From: an uncultured bacterium
GTDB lineage: Bacteria; Hydrothermota; Tepidihabitantia; SM23-42; JAOAFX01
Direction: 5' to 3'
DNA: 64,000 bases
Assembly: GCA_964559225.1 (NCBI GenBank)
Contig: CAZLGA010000003.1
Location: 2,619-66,618 of the forward strand
Positions 18,128-29,900 of this stretch are shown here, piece after piece; positions within the stretch are counted from its first letter, which is position 1; each line of letters starts with the position of its first letter. The notes under the pieces are model-generated. The model was not told the origin of the DNA. It ran no database searches and saw only the letters and a program-made list of their open reading frames with translations. Made by a program: the position numbers and the translations under genes.

Positions 18128-19776
18128 TGGTTGAAAGAAATAAAATAGAGGAAATAGTAAGACAAACTGACATAGTGGATTTGATATCTCAATATATCCA
18201 CTTAAAGAAGGTAGGCAAGAATTATCGTGCTCTTTGCCCTTTCCATTCCGAAAAAACCCCCTCTTTCTATATCAGTCCTGAAAAAGGTATTTATTATTGT
18301 TTTGGATGTAAAAAAGGTGGCAATGCAATCAGTTTTTTAATGGAATACGAACATCTTGATTTTCCTGATGCCCTGAGAAAACTTGCAAAAAATCTCGGGA
18401 TTGAAATTGATACAACAAAAAATTTGAAATATAAAGATTTATATGAAGTTAACGAACTTGCCACACAGTTTTACACACTCGCTTTAACCAAAGAAATCGG
18501 CAGAAGGGGGCAAAATTATCTTAAAGAAAGAAAGATTGACCCGGAAAAATTGAAAGAATTTCTCATTGGTTATGCACCGAGCTCTGGTGGCTTGATTACC
18601 TTTATGAGACAAAAAGGCATCAACATAGAAAAACTTATAAATGCCGGCCTTGTTTCGCAGAATAGAGATACATTCCACGACAGAATAATCTTTCCGATAT
18701 TCAATCTTGCAGGAAGGGTTATTGGATTTGGTGGGAGGGGGATTGATGACTATATTCAGCCAAAATATTTGAATTCTCCTGAGACACCTATTTTCAAAAA
18801 AGGTGAAATTCTGTATGGTTTATTTCAGGCAAAAGAAGCGATGAAATCAAAGTCTGAAGTGAACCTTGTTGAAGGCTATTTTGACCTTTTAAGTCTTTAT
18901 CAATCTAATATCAAAAACATTTGTGCACCGCTTGGAACTGCCCTGACTGAGCATCAATCGTTATTAATATCCAGATATGCAAAAAAAGTAAATATACTTT
19001 TTGATAGTGATGTTTCGGGAATTAAGGCAACGCTCCGCGCAATAGGAATATTGATAAATGCCCAGGTTGATGTTCACATTGTGGTAATGCCTAAAGATTA
19101 TGACCCTGACGAATTTATAAAAGAAAAAGGGGTAGATGCCCTTAATAATCTTATCAATTCTGCACCTGACTTTTTCACATTCTACAAAAACATATCAAAA
19201 ATAAAGAGTGTTGAAGATGAAGCAAATTTAATAAAAGACTTGATTGAAATCATAAGTAAAATACAGGATCCAATAAGGCTTGATCGCTACTTAAAACATA
19301 CTGCTACGATTTTTGATATTCCAATCGATCTTTTAAGGAAAAAAGTCGGAATGGATTTCAGTTCTAAAAAGTTAAGGCAAAAGGATAAGCCCGTAATTAT
19401 TAAAAAAAATAATCCCGACGAAAAATTGATTATTTTAATTCTAAATAATTTAAAATATTTCAACCGTGCAAAAGAAATTGTATCAACCGATGATTTTAAT
19501 GATGTTAGAATGAAAAATATTTTTGAAACTTTATTAAAAAGCGAAGATTTTTCAGTCCGGGAAATCGTTGATTTAAAGATTGACGAAGATTTGAAAAACC
19601 GGCTCCTTGCCTCACTCATCGAATCTGAAAGGTTAAATGAAGATGATTTTGTTAAGTCATTGAATCTTTATAAAAAAAACATTTTGAGGTCAAAATTAAG
19701 AACAAAAATCAGTGAGGCAATAAAAACCGGTGATGATGAAGCTTTAAAGAAATATCAAGAATTACTTAAAAAATAA
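18127..19776 (+). CDS. dnaG: DNA primase
   Basis: CPFHSEKTPSF...CFGC zinc finger, KYLNSPET, VEGYFD, LFDSD TOPRIM. Confidence 0.95.
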   Translation: MVERNKIEEIVRQTDIVDLISQYIHLKKVGKNYRALCPFHSEKTPSFYISPEKGIYYCFGCKKGGNAISFLMEYEHLDFPDALRKLAKNLGIEIDTTKNLKYKDLYEVNELATQFYTLALTKEIGRRGQNYLKERKIDPEKLKEFLIGYAPSSGGLITFMRQKGINIEKLINAGLVSQNRDTFHDRIIFPIFNLAGRVIGFGGRGIDDYIQPKYLNSPETPIFKKGEILYGLFQAKEAMKSKSEVNLVEGYFDLLSLYQSNIKNICAPLGTALTEHQSLLISRYAKKVNILFDSDVSGIKATLRAIGILINAQVDVHIVVMPKDYDPDEFIKEKGVDALNNLINSAPDFFTFYKNISKIKSVEDEANLIKDLIEIISKIQDPIRLDRYLKHTATIFDIPIDLLRKKVGMDFSSKKLRQKDKPVIIKKNNPDEKLIILILNNLKYFNRAKEIVSTDDFNDVRMKNIFETLLKSEDFSVREIVDLKIDEDLKNRLLASLIESERLNEDDFVKSLNLYKKNILRSKLRTKISEAIKTGDDEALKKYQELLKK

Positions 19777-19785
19777 AGGAGCGAA

Positions 19786-21351
19786 ATGGTAAAATATTCT
19801 CAAAAAATATTTGAAAAAGCTAAAGAAGCTGGAAAAATTACGATAAATGAGATAAATAATCTTATCCCTGAAAATGTAACACCTGAAGAGATTGACGAAG
19901 TTCTTGATTTGCTCGCACGTAATAATATTGTCATTGTTCAAAGTGAAGAAGAAGTATCCAAATCTGGTGCTCCAAAGACTGTCCAGAAAGCTGAGGAACC
20001 AATACGGGCTTATTTCCGTGAACTGGCACGGTACGACCTTCTTACCAAAGATGAAGAATATGAATTCTCGGTGAAAACCGAAGAAGGGTATAAAATGATT
20101 GTAAAAGAATTCCTTCGTTATCCCTGTGCATTATATGAACTAATTTCAATATGTAAACAGGTAGAATTGGGCAAAAAGAGCCTCGATCAGATTTCACGCG
20201 TTGAAATTGAGGCAATAATGGATAAACATACCTTCTGGGCAGAAAGGCAGAAATTCATCCGTCGTGTGAAATCACTTGAAAAAGACTACAATGTTTTATT
20301 AAAATACTACAAAAAGGCAGAAAAGGATCGCTCAAAATTACTGAGAGGAATTATCTTTCATAAAGAAGAACGCGTTAGAAAGGCAATTGAAAAACTTGCA
20401 TTACAACACAGTGTGTTGAATTGTGCAATTCAAAAGTTTAAAGAAAATCTTGAACGACTGGAGAAAATTGAAAAGACACTGCTAAGATTGCGCAACCAAG
20501 AAGGAATAAACGCATTTACAAAGGAAAAGCGAAGATTACTTACCGAACTCAGCAATAGTCCTGACCGAGCCCATATCTCGTTAAAAATAATTGAAAATCA
20601 CGAAAGTATGATCAATCGTTCGCGCCAGCGTATGATTGAAGGAAATGTAAGATTGGTTATATCCATTGCTAAAAAATATGTGAATCGTGGGCTGGAATTT
20701 GCAGACCTTGTGGGCGAAGGTAACAATGGTTTAATAAAAGCAGTAGAAAAATTTGATTATCGCAAAGGCTACAAATTTTCTACTTACGCAACCTGGTGGA
20801 TTAGACAGGCAATTACAAGGGCAATCGGCGACCAGGCAAGAACCGTTAGAGTTCCTGCCCATATACTTGACACAATGAATAAAGTAGCACGTGCCCAGAG
20901 AGATATAACTCAGAACCTTGGCCGTGAACCAACAATTGAAGAAATAGCCCAACATCTGGATTTACCGACAGATAAAGTAAGAATGGTGCAGAATATTTCA
21001 CTCATTCCTATCTCACTTGACAAACCAATCGACGATGAAGAATCAAGTTTTGTGGGAGACTTCATTAGTAATCCTATGTCCGATTCTCCATCAAGAAAAG
21101 CTGCAATTTCAATATTGAAAGATCGTTTCAATGAGATTTTAAAAGATCTGCCCAAAAGAGAAGAAAAAATTATACGACTGAGATTTGGACTTGGCAATGG
21201 AACCCCAAAGACCCTTGAGGAAGTTGGAAAAATGTTCAATATCACAAGAGAAAGGGTTAGGCAGATTGAAGCAAAGGCACTGCGTAAATTACGCCACCCT
21301 ACAAGACTGCGCAAACTCCAGGTATTTAGGGACTTGATTGAAATGGAATAA
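19786..21351 (+). CDS. rpoD: RNA polymerase primary sigma factor
   Basis: [46 protein letters not shown]. Confidence 0.95.
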   Translation: MVKYSQKIFEKAKEAGKITINEINNLIPENVTPEEIDEVLDLLARNNIVIVQSEEEVSKSGAPKTVQKAEEPIRAYFRELARYDLLTKDEEYEFSVKTEEGYKMIVKEFLRYPCALYELISICKQVELGKKSLDQISRVEIEAIMDKHTFWAERQKFIRRVKSLEKDYNVLLKYYKKAEKDRSKLLRGIIFHKEERVRKAIEKLALQHSVLNCAIQKFKENLERLEKIEKTLLRLRNQEGINAFTKEKRRLLTELSNSPDRAHISLKIIENHESMINRSRQRMIEGNVRLVISIAKKYVNRGLEFADLVGEGNNGLIKAVEKFDYRKGYKFSTYATWWIRQAITRAIGDQARTVRVPAHILDTMNKVARAQRDITQNLGREPTIEEIAQHLDLPTDKVRMVQNISLIPISLDKPIDDEESSFVGDFISNPMSDSPSRKAAISILKDRFNEILKDLPKREEKIIRLRFGLGNGTPKTLEEVGKMFNITRERVRQIEAKALRKLRHPTRLRKLQVFRDLIEME

Positions 21352-21407
21352 TTTAAAATGGCTAAATGTCCAAAATTACTAAATACCTAAAGTTTTTATA
21401 GCTTAAA

Positions 21408-22796
21408 ATGAATAGATATGATGTTGCGGTAATTGGTGCGGGACCCGGTGGATATCCCTGTGCAATTAGACTCGGGCAGTTAAAGAAAAGGGTGTTAGTT
21501 ATTGAATCGGGTGAACTTGGTGGGGTATGTCTAAATCGAGGTTGTATTCCAACCAAGGCATTGGGCTTTGCGGCTGAGATATTGGAAAATTTCCAGAAGG
21601 CACAGAAGATTGGTATAAAAATTGAGAATAAAGGAATTGACCTGCAGTTACTTCGCAATCATACTGAAGGCGTAGTAAAAAGACTACGGGGTGGTATTGA
21701 ATATCTTTTTAAGAATAATAATGTTCAATGGAAGAAGGCTAAAGCAAAAATTATATCTGAACATAAGGTTGAATTAGAAAAAAATGGAACAGTTGAAGAC
21801 ATTGAAGCAGAGAACATTGTAATCGCAACCGGGACCGAAATCACTGCCCTTCCTAATTTTGAATTTGATGGAAAATTTATTACAAATACTGACGATGCTT
21901 TGACACTGAATGATATTCCAGAAAAACTCCTTGTCGTAGGTGCAGGTGCGTGTGGACTTGAACTTGCAACAATCTATGCCTCTCTCGGCAGTAAAGTAAA
22001 AATTGTAGAGATTATGGCACAGATTCTGCCCGGAATGGAGACTGAACTTTGTGAAAATCTTTATAAAATTTTGAAGAAAAAAGGGATTGAGATATTATTG
22101 AATTCAACCGTCCCGCGATATAATATTGATAATAATAAAGTTAAGGTCGAAATCAAAGGACAAAATGACAGTATCATTGAAGAATTTAATAGAATATTGA
22201 TTACTGTTGGCAGAAAACCAACCGATTTTGCATTCAGAAATTTAGATCTTGAACTTGATAAAAAGGGCTATATTATTGTTGATGATTCATATCGCACAAG
22301 CATAAAAAACATTTTCGCTATTGGTGACATTATTGGTCCGCCATTACTGGCGCATAAGGCAACAAAACAAGGGATTGAAGTCGCAGAAATCATTGCTGGA
22401 ATATATGATACAAAAAAGTCACATGCTGTGCCATCCTGTGTCTTCACTATTCCTCCTTTATCTTCGGTTGGACTCACGGAAAAAGAAGCAGTTGAGAGAG
22501 GATACAAAATAAAAATTGGTAGATTCCCCTATCGTGCATCAGGAAAGGCTTTATCAATGCTTGAAACCGAAGGAATTGTGAAAATCATTGCTGAAGAAGA
22601 GGGGAAAATTTTAGGGGTTCATATCCTTGGTGTAGAATCTCCAAGTCTGATTGGGGAAGGAATTGTTGCAGTTGATATGGAATTAAAAGTTTCTGAACTC
22701 GCGGAATTAATCCATCCTCACCCAACTCTGTGTGAAATTATTGGCGAATCCGCAGAGAATTTTTATAAAAAGGCAATACATATATTGAACACCTGA
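21408..22796 (+). CDS. lpdA: Dihydrolipoyl dehydrogenase
   Basis: GAGPGG FAD site, GGVCLNRGCIP disulfide, HPHPTLCE. Confidence 0.93.
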   Translation: MNRYDVAVIGAGPGGYPCAIRLGQLKKRVLVIESGELGGVCLNRGCIPTKALGFAAEILENFQKAQKIGIKIENKGIDLQLLRNHTEGVVKRLRGGIEYLFKNNNVQWKKAKAKIISEHKVELEKNGTVEDIEAENIVIATGTEITALPNFEFDGKFITNTDDALTLNDIPEKLLVVGAGACGLELATIYASLGSKVKIVEIMAQILPGMETELCENLYKILKKKGIEILLNSTVPRYNIDNNKVKVEIKGQNDSIIEEFNRILITVGRKPTDFAFRNLDLELDKKGYIIVDDSYRTSIKNIFAIGDIIGPPLLAHKATKQGIEVAEIIAGIYDTKKSHAVPSCVFTIPPLSSVGLTEKEAVERGYKIKIGRFPYRASGKALSMLETEGIVKIIAEEEGKILGVHILGVESPSLIGEGIVAVDMELKVSELAELIHPHPTLCEIIGESAENFYKKAIHILNT

Positions 22797-22942
22797 TTTC
22801 CTTTCCGTCGTTTACTCAAATTCTTATTTTTTTAGGTTTTTTGTCTAAATGTTTCTTTTTAAATATCTCTGCTTCTACCTGTTGAAACATCTTTAGAAAA
22901 ATTCCATCCTTGTAAACGCACAAATTTTGCCTATAATACAAT

Positions 22943-23812
22943 ATGTTTGACAAAAAAACTGCGGGTATCTTCTCTATCCTCGGTGCGAGTGTGATGTGGG
23001 CTCTGGAACCAATATTTGCAAAGTTGTCTTTCCAGTCAACCGATGTCCTAAATACCTTTGCCACAAGAATTATATTCTGCCTGTTTGTTATTACAATCTA
23101 TGCCCTGATAAAAAACCCAAAAGAGCTAATTATTAAACATCAAGAACTCAAATGGCTTGTTTATCTTTCCATTGTTGCAACTCTATTCGCTGACTTTCTT
23201 TATACCTATGCACTTACAAAGGTGATGGTAATAAACGCAGTCCTGATTGGTCATATCCAGCCAATATTTATTGTAGTATTGAGTTATTTTTTTCTAAAGA
23301 CCGATAAACTTTCAAAATTTGATTATCTGGGAATTTTGTTTATGATATTTGCCGGAATCTTTGTATCATCAAAAACGCTTGATAATTTAAAGAATCTAAG
23401 ATTCGGAACTTTAGGAGAGATTTTAGTCCTTATGGCGACCTTTGCCTGGGCAACCACGGCAATAACTACCAGGAAATACCTGAAAGAATTACCTGCGCAG
23501 GTTATTGCATTTTATCGATTTTTATTTGCTGGAATAATATTTATTATCTATCTTATCCCAAAGCATGGAATCAAAATAGCAAATATCTATCAGGTTCTTT
23601 TGGGCATCGTCATCGGCATAGGCACAGTTTTATACTATGAAGGATTGAAAAGAATTAAAGCAGCCCAGGTTTCCGCATTAGAACTCTCCACGCCATTTTT
23701 TGCCTCTTTTCTGGGATATATAGTATTAAAAGAAATGATTACCATACTACAACTTTTAGGTTTAGCATTCCTTTTTATCGGTATCTACTTTATATCAAAA
23801 AGGGAACGATAG
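22943..23812 (+). CDS. EamA/DMT family transporter
   Basis: About ten TM helices in two EamA repeats; promoter TTGTAA-N16-TATAAT ends 5 nt before ATG. Confidence 0.85.
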   Translation: MFDKKTAGIFSILGASVMWALEPIFAKLSFQSTDVLNTFATRIIFCLFVITIYALIKNPKELIIKHQELKWLVYLSIVATLFADFLYTYALTKVMVINAVLIGHIQPIFIVVLSYFFLKTDKLSKFDYLGILFMIFAGIFVSSKTLDNLKNLRFGTLGEILVLMATFAWATTAITTRKYLKELPAQVIAFYRFLFAGIIFIIYLIPKHGIKIANIYQVLLGIVIGIGTVLYYEGLKRIKAAQVSALELSTPFFASFLGYIVLKEMITILQLLGLAFLFIGIYFISKRER

Positions 23813-23814
23813 TA

Positions 23815-23970
23815 AAATCAACCTAAGTTCAACAATTACACCAATCTTGTATATGGCTTCCTCTCATTTCGTAGAATCTAATTCGTTCCATGAAATTTTC
23901 TAATTCACCCAGCACAGTCAACACCTTTTCATCTTTTAAACGCACTAGTTGTGTCTATTTCAGTCTTCAT
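23815..23970 (-). pseudogene. Possible decayed RelE/ParE-type toxin fragment
   Basis: MKTEIDTTSAFKR* then DEKVLTVLGELENF and YKIGVIVELR in shifted frames, resembling RelE N-terminus and YRIG motif. Confidence 0.25.
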
Positions 23971-24005
23971 TGACTTTTCAGGAAAATTTGATATAATATT
24001 TTATT

Positions 24006-24078
24006 GCCAGCGTAGCTCAGGTGGCAGAGCAGCGGTTTCGTAAACCGCAGGTCAGCAGTTCGAATCTGCTCGCTGGCT
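24006..24078 (+). tRNA. tRNA-Thr(CGT)
   Basis: GCCAGCG acceptor, anticodon arm GCGGT-TT-CGT-AA-ACCGC, GTTCGAATC T-loop; promoter TTGACT-N16-TATAAT. Confidence 0.93.
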
Positions 24079-24128
24079 ATCAAGTAAAGAACACATAAGT
24101 ACAAGATTACCTACTTTTTTAATCAATC

Positions 24129-26306
24129 TTAAATGGACTCTTTTTTCTTCAACAATTCTTTGCTTGCAGAAGCAAGAACCGGGTCTTTTTGATTAGCAAT
24201 ACTCTTTAAAATATCTATCGCCTTTGGAGTCCCAATTTTTGCAATGGCGTGTAAGACCGATATTTTTGTTGTTTGAATTAAATCACTTTTAAAAAAGGGC
24301 CGCTCCTCTAAAATTGGAGTTAGATAATCAAGAATTGTATCGTCACCTTTTTCACCAAGAATTTCAATGATTGACCTACGGAATTGTTCTTCTTTTTCAT
24401 CCGGAATAGATCTGCGCTGTTTTAACCAGGTAGCGGTCTCAAGCAGCTTTTCCTTAACATCTTCTTTGGGTAACGATTTCATTGATAAAATCACCACCGA
24501 ACGATGTGAACTATTTAATCCAAGTTTTATATATTGATAAATATTTTCACCATCAATCTTGTTCAAACTTTCAATAGTTGCCAGTTGCACCCTCTCATCT
24601 TCATCCTCCAACATTTTACCAAGATGTTCTATTGCTGATTGTGCTTTTAATTCACCAAGAATATATGTACCATTGCGACGGACATACCAGTCGTGCGAAT
24701 CAAGCAATTTTACTACTTCAGGGATAACTCTTTCGCCCATATGAATAAGAATATCTATAATCTTCATCCTGACTGACTTATCTTCAGCATCCTTAAGAGT
24801 ATCAATAAGCATTGGTATGGAGTAATCAGCCATCGCAATCAGGGCATCCCTCGCCTCAACATAAGAACCCTGGTCCCATAAAAGTGAAACAAGTTCGGGC
24901 AGATAATTCTGGTCTTTTATCTCAGCAATTATCCTGATAACCATATGTTTCTTATCAAGTAAAGATTTTTCTTTGCGCACGAGATGCCTGCTGAATTTCT
25001 TAGAAATAAATTGCATAATTTCTTCACGCTGGTGTTTCTGCGCAATAACATATAATTCTTTAAGGGAGGCCAGTATTTTCTTAAAAATACTCATATCTTC
25101 TTCTGTATCACTTAATGTGTCAAAACGGTCAACCAGCAACCTAACAAGTTCATAATTTTTAGTCTCAAAGATTTTATTACTCAATCGCATTAGTTTGTCA
25201 ATTGCATCAGTACGATTCTGTGCTGACGAGTCCCTTAATTGCGGAAATAAACTCCTCATTTGATGTTCTAAATTCTTTTCCATTATTTTATCCGCAACAT
25301 CCGTCCCTTTTGTTGCTTTCATTTCACTCATCAATCGTGCAACGATCTTTTCAAAATTTATCTCCGGAACATTAACTCGTATTGAAGAAAGTATATCGGG
25401 TAATCGTGTGCCCGTAATATTCTTTAAAATATCAACAATTTCATCTTCAACATTCGGTGATCTTTCTTTTGCCTTGCTCGCAATTATATCAATAATGTCT
25501 TCATCCGCCATAGTGGGAATCAAACTTTTAAAAAGCATTGCAAGTTTCTTATTTTCAGTCTTATACCGAACTATATTTTTCTTAATGGTAGGCGAAAGAA
25601 CTGCAAGTATGCGTGAAAATATTATCGCATATTCATCCCATTTTTCTTCTCCATATTGGTTTGCGACCATACCTGCGAGTTTCTCAAGCCCATTTATTAC
25701 CTTATGAGATTGAATTTCTGTTGATTCATTACCAAGAACGCCAATTCCAGCAAGAAAACTGCCGAGCTGCTTTATTCGATCTTCTTCAGTCCAGGTTTGT
25801 TGCGAAAGCACAAGCGACTCTAAAAAATTTGTCCAATCAAGTTGTTTTACTTCCTCATCCGAACTAACAACACCAACACGATATTTATTTATTTTAATAC
25901 TTAAAATACCACGTGCCCTAACCAGAGCAACAATATCTCCATAATCAGCAAGGTCCGCAGGCGTGGCCGCCATCGCCAGAAAGAAAGCGCGAATTTCATC
26001 TTCCGGGGCATTTATATCAAATGTAATGCTTTTAACACCGAGACGCATAAATTTATCAACAAGGCTTTTCACAAGTGGTAATTTTTTTGATTCAAACCTA
26101 TCTCCACCCATCATCAAAACATCTTCTATTACAACAACAGAAATCGATTCCTGTTCTATTGGTAGTTCTTTCAGCAAAATTTTTATCCGTTGAATCACTG
26201 GTTTTAGTGATGGGTGTCCCTTGGGATAAATGCGACAGATATTGATACCAAGCCCGAGTTGTTTAATAAATTCAGTTTTAAATTCAATCGTTTGCTCATC
26301 AGGCAT
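24129..26306 (-). CDS. HEAT/PBS-lyase repeat protein with N-terminal domain shared with 33868 and 35423 proteins
   Basis: C-terminal repeats (DWYVRRNGTYILGEL, DERVQLATIESL); N-terminal IYPKGHP...LGVKSITF; third gene of cyclase locus 1. Confidence 0.75.
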   Translation of the reverse strand: MPDEQTIEFKTEFIKQLGLGINICRIYPKGHPSLKPVIQRIKILLKELPIEQESISVVVIEDVLMMGGDRFESKKLPLVKSLVDKFMRLGVKSITFDINAPEDEIRAFFLAMAATPADLADYGDIVALVRARGILSIKINKYRVGVVSSDEEVKQLDWTNFLESLVLSQQTWTEEDRIKQLGSFLAGIGVLGNESTEIQSHKVINGLEKLAGMVANQYGEEKWDEYAIIFSRILAVLSPTIKKNIVRYKTENKKLAMLFKSLIPTMADEDIIDIIASKAKERSPNVEDEIVDILKNITGTRLPDILSSIRVNVPEINFEKIVARLMSEMKATKGTDVADKIMEKNLEHQMRSLFPQLRDSSAQNRTDAIDKLMRLSNKIFETKNYELVRLLVDRFDTLSDTEEDMSIFKKILASLKELYVIAQKHQREEIMQFISKKFSRHLVRKEKSLLDKKHMVIRIIAEIKDQNYLPELVSLLWDQGSYVEARDALIAMADYSIPMLIDTLKDAEDKSVRMKIIDILIHMGERVIPEVVKLLDSHDWYVRRNGTYILGELKAQSAIEHLGKMLEDEDERVQLATIESLNKIDGENIYQYIKLGLNSSHRSVVILSMKSLPKEDVKEKLLETATWLKQRRSIPDEKEEQFRRSIIEILGEKGDDTILDYLTPILEERPFFKSDLIQTTKISVLHAIAKIGTPKAIDILKSIANQKDPVLASASKELLKKKESI

Positions 26307-26308
26307 AA

Positions 26309-26950
26309 CTACCTCATTTTCAATTTATATGCGCGCACCGAAATATAATTATCTATTAATTCACCATATTCTTCATATTCAAAGAAAGAACGAGTTGCCT
26401 GATAGAGTGATTCTCCAACCAGAACTACATCATTTTCTGCATTTTTTTGCAAAACAAGACTTTTGGCAAAACCTTCAGTAACAATGATTGCATTATGTAA
26501 ATCGCCTTTTATATTATAGATGGATGCGGATGCCATTTCTAACCCACATTTTATTTTACATTCTTTTATAAGTGGGAAAAACTTATTGTATTCTTTAACT
26601 TTTTTAATTATCTCTTCAATTGCCATAATTGAGAGATGCGGTGTATAACCGCCTTTCATGCTAATACCAAAGATACCAACAATTTCATCACCAATTACCT
26701 GATATAGTATACCTTTATATTTCTCAATAATTGCATAGAAACTACCGAAGAGATTATTCAAAAAATTCATTACATCTTCCGCGGTCATACTCTCACTTAT
26801 CCCTGTAAAGTCTGACAAATCAGCACGCAAAAAAGTCAGTGTTAACTCCTCAAGGGGTAATGTTTTTTCTAAAGAAAGTATCTTACCACAATATGGACAA
26901 AAATTTGCCTTTTCGGGTAATATATTTTTACATACAGGGCAATTTGTCAT
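26309..26950 (-). CDS. Zinc ribbon plus class III nucleotide cyclase domain, C1-like
   Basis: CPVC...CPYC; RADLSDFT and VIGDE keep both Asp; GFAKSLVLQ replaces TVNxAxRL. Confidence 0.8.
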   Translation of the reverse strand: MTNCPVCKNILPEKANFCPYCGKILSLEKTLPLEELTLTFLRADLSDFTGISESMTAEDVMNFLNNLFGSFYAIIEKYKGILYQVIGDEIVGIFGISMKGGYTPHLSIMAIEEIIKKVKEYNKFFPLIKECKIKCGLEMASASIYNIKGDLHNAIIVTEGFAKSLVLQKNAENDVVLVGESLYQATRSFFEYEEYGELIDNYISVRAYKLKMR

Positions 26951-29900
26951 TTAAATCTCCAGTAATCTGGTATATTCTTGCTTTTTAGTAAAATACGCAC
27001 GATTCTCCGGTTTCAATCTTGACTTGATGTCATCAAGAACATAAAGTGCCTTACAGCCATAATAATGTGCCTGTTCAATCTCATTATGTTCATAATAAAA
27101 TAGTGCAAGTTTACACAATGCCTGCCCAATCAATGGTGGATATTTTAATGTCTCACTGATAGTAAGTGCCGTTTTAAGATAATCAATCGCCTTTATCTCA
27201 TCAATGTCAGAAAGTAATATATAACAATAAAATTCAATTTCTTTATTGTTCAATTTTTGCGCCAGATTTAATGCACTATTAACAAATTCCCTTGCCCTTT
27301 CAACCTGATTCAGATTTATCAGGCTTATAGATTTTTTTAGATTAATCTCTGCCAGTAAATTATCACGCACCAGTAAGGAAATCTTATTATCAACAATATT
27401 TAAATAACGATTGACTTCAGTCTCATTTTTTTGCATCGCCTCAATTATCGCTAAATTAAGCGCAGATTTTAAACTGATTTCAAAGCCAATTTGCTCGGTC
27501 AGACTGAATGCCTCCTGAAAATATCGTTTTGCATTTTGTCCATTACCCACCTGATAATAATTTTCTCCAATTAAATATTTCAATTCTGCAAGATTGAGTA
27601 TTTCATTATCTTTTATTAAATCACTTTGTGCGTAGTTTAGGTACTCAAAACTTAGTTCATAATTTCCGAGGTTTTGATGCATTTTTGAAAGATTCAACAA
27701 ACACGGTAATTCGCCTTCTTTATAATCCTTATTGCGTGCGGTGGCCCAAGCAAGATTATAGTTCAATAAACTCTTCTCAGGTTCATTTTTCGCCTGATAA
27801 AGCTTACCCAAACCAGTATAAAGTAATGTAAGAATATCAACCATCTCTTCATTACACTTCTCAATTGCACCGATATATAGATCTTCCGCCTTTTTAAATT
27901 CGCTAAGTAAATAACAGGCAACGGCCAAGCGCTCGGTAAAAAGAAGGTTCCATTTCAATAAATTCAATTGGTGGGTATTTTCTCTGCCCTGTTCGGCTAT
28001 TGCCTTCATTCGCTGGATATCGCCTTTCAATTCATAAAGGTCACTAAGATTTAATTGACAGTCAATTATTTTCTCAACATCAATTACCCCGATATGTTCT
28101 TCTTCAATTCTTAAAACAGTATTGTAAAAATTCATTGCAGGTTCAATTGCATATAAAGTTTTTGCTTTATCACCCGCCAACTTGAAATAATAACCCGCCC
28201 TTTCAAATCTTTCACAGGATAGAAACTGTTGAGCAAGAACTTCATAATACTCAGAAAGGCAATTGGCATAAATATTTTCGAGTAATTCTGCAATCCTTTT
28301 GTGAATATCCTTTCTTTTTTTAATTGGCAGAGTTGTATATACCGCATCCCTTAATAGATTATGCCTGAAGATATATACCGGGTCTTCGCTGTCGCGAAAC
28401 TGGACAATATAATCTTCTTTTATTAAATAATCAAGTCGCTCCTGTATGTCGGGCACATTACCCAAAAGGTTTGTAATAATCTTTCGCGTAAAGCTGTATC
28501 CTATGACCGATGCATAATCAATCAATAAGCGATGAGCAGAAGAAAGAGCATCTATACCCGACATCACAACACCGTACAGATCATCAAGGAAAGGTAACCG
28601 TCTTTCTTTTTCCAAATGCCATTTACCCTCTTCATTTTGTTTGATAAGCTGGATTCTCTTCACATGCCTTATCGTTTCAATAACGAATAATGGATTGCCT
28701 CCGGATATACGAAATATGAACTCTGTAAGCGTTTCATCCACATCACAATTTAAAACATACTTAGTCAAATCTTTAACTGTATCAAAAGAGAGAGGAGTTA
28801 AATTAATGGACTCAAAGGGTTGATTAATTTTACCACTTATGTCATCTATAAAATTAACCATTAATAAAAAAATCGGGAAATCCGAGAGTTCATTAACAAA
28901 ATAATTGACCAACATTTTACTCAAATTGTCTGCTCGATTGAATTCTTCAAAAATCAAAATTAATGGTTTTTTATTACAAATTACCCTGAGAATATTTTTT
29001 ACCGCGCTAAATATTTCTTCTTGAATCTTCTGTAATTTATCACCCCAAACCCGTCGCATATCCGTTATAAAAAGATGCTTTAGACCTTGTGCATCCTGTA
29101 ATGTCAGATTATTGTTTAGCACAAATTTATCGATTTTTTCATCAATTTTTTTTATATCATCATATTCACTCAGGTTTAAAAGTTCCCTAAAGAACAATTT
29201 AAATGGATAATATGGACTATGAATCTCTACCGCACAATAACTTTCAAAAACATTAAAATTTCTGTCCCGTTTAATAAACTCGATAAATTCTTCTTTAAGT
29301 CTGGTCTTACCAATACCCATCTTACCTGTTATTGCACAAATTTTAAGAGTTTTTGTTTCATTCACCATTCTAACAGTATTTACCAATTTTTCAAATTCCT
29401 TTTCTCTTCCCAACAATGGAAATTTAGATGTCACTTTTTTTCTTTTTTCTTTTAATAACCCTTTAAGCCTATAGATTTTAACAGAACCAGTTCTGCCCTT
29501 AACCTTTCGTTCTCCGACGAAATCAACATCTACAATATTAGAAACTCCATCATAAACAGAACTACTTAAGTATATCTCATCAGGTGGGCAAATTTGAGTC
29601 AGCCGTGCTGCTACATTAACCGTATCGCCAATAATGGTTAAATAAGAGAGATTCTCTATGACATAACCAAAAAATATCCAGCCGGTATTCACCCCGAATG
29701 ATATACGCCAATCACCTAATTCCTTTTTTGTAACTTTATGCTGATAATAATCCTTTATCGCTAAAATGCACTCTATTGCCCTCTCGGGGTCATCACGATG
29801 TGACCTCGGAATACCAAAAGCAGCAAGGATACGATTATCAGGAAAAATTTTATTAGTAGCACCCGCGTATTTTTTTATAATATTCTCACAATCTTCCATT

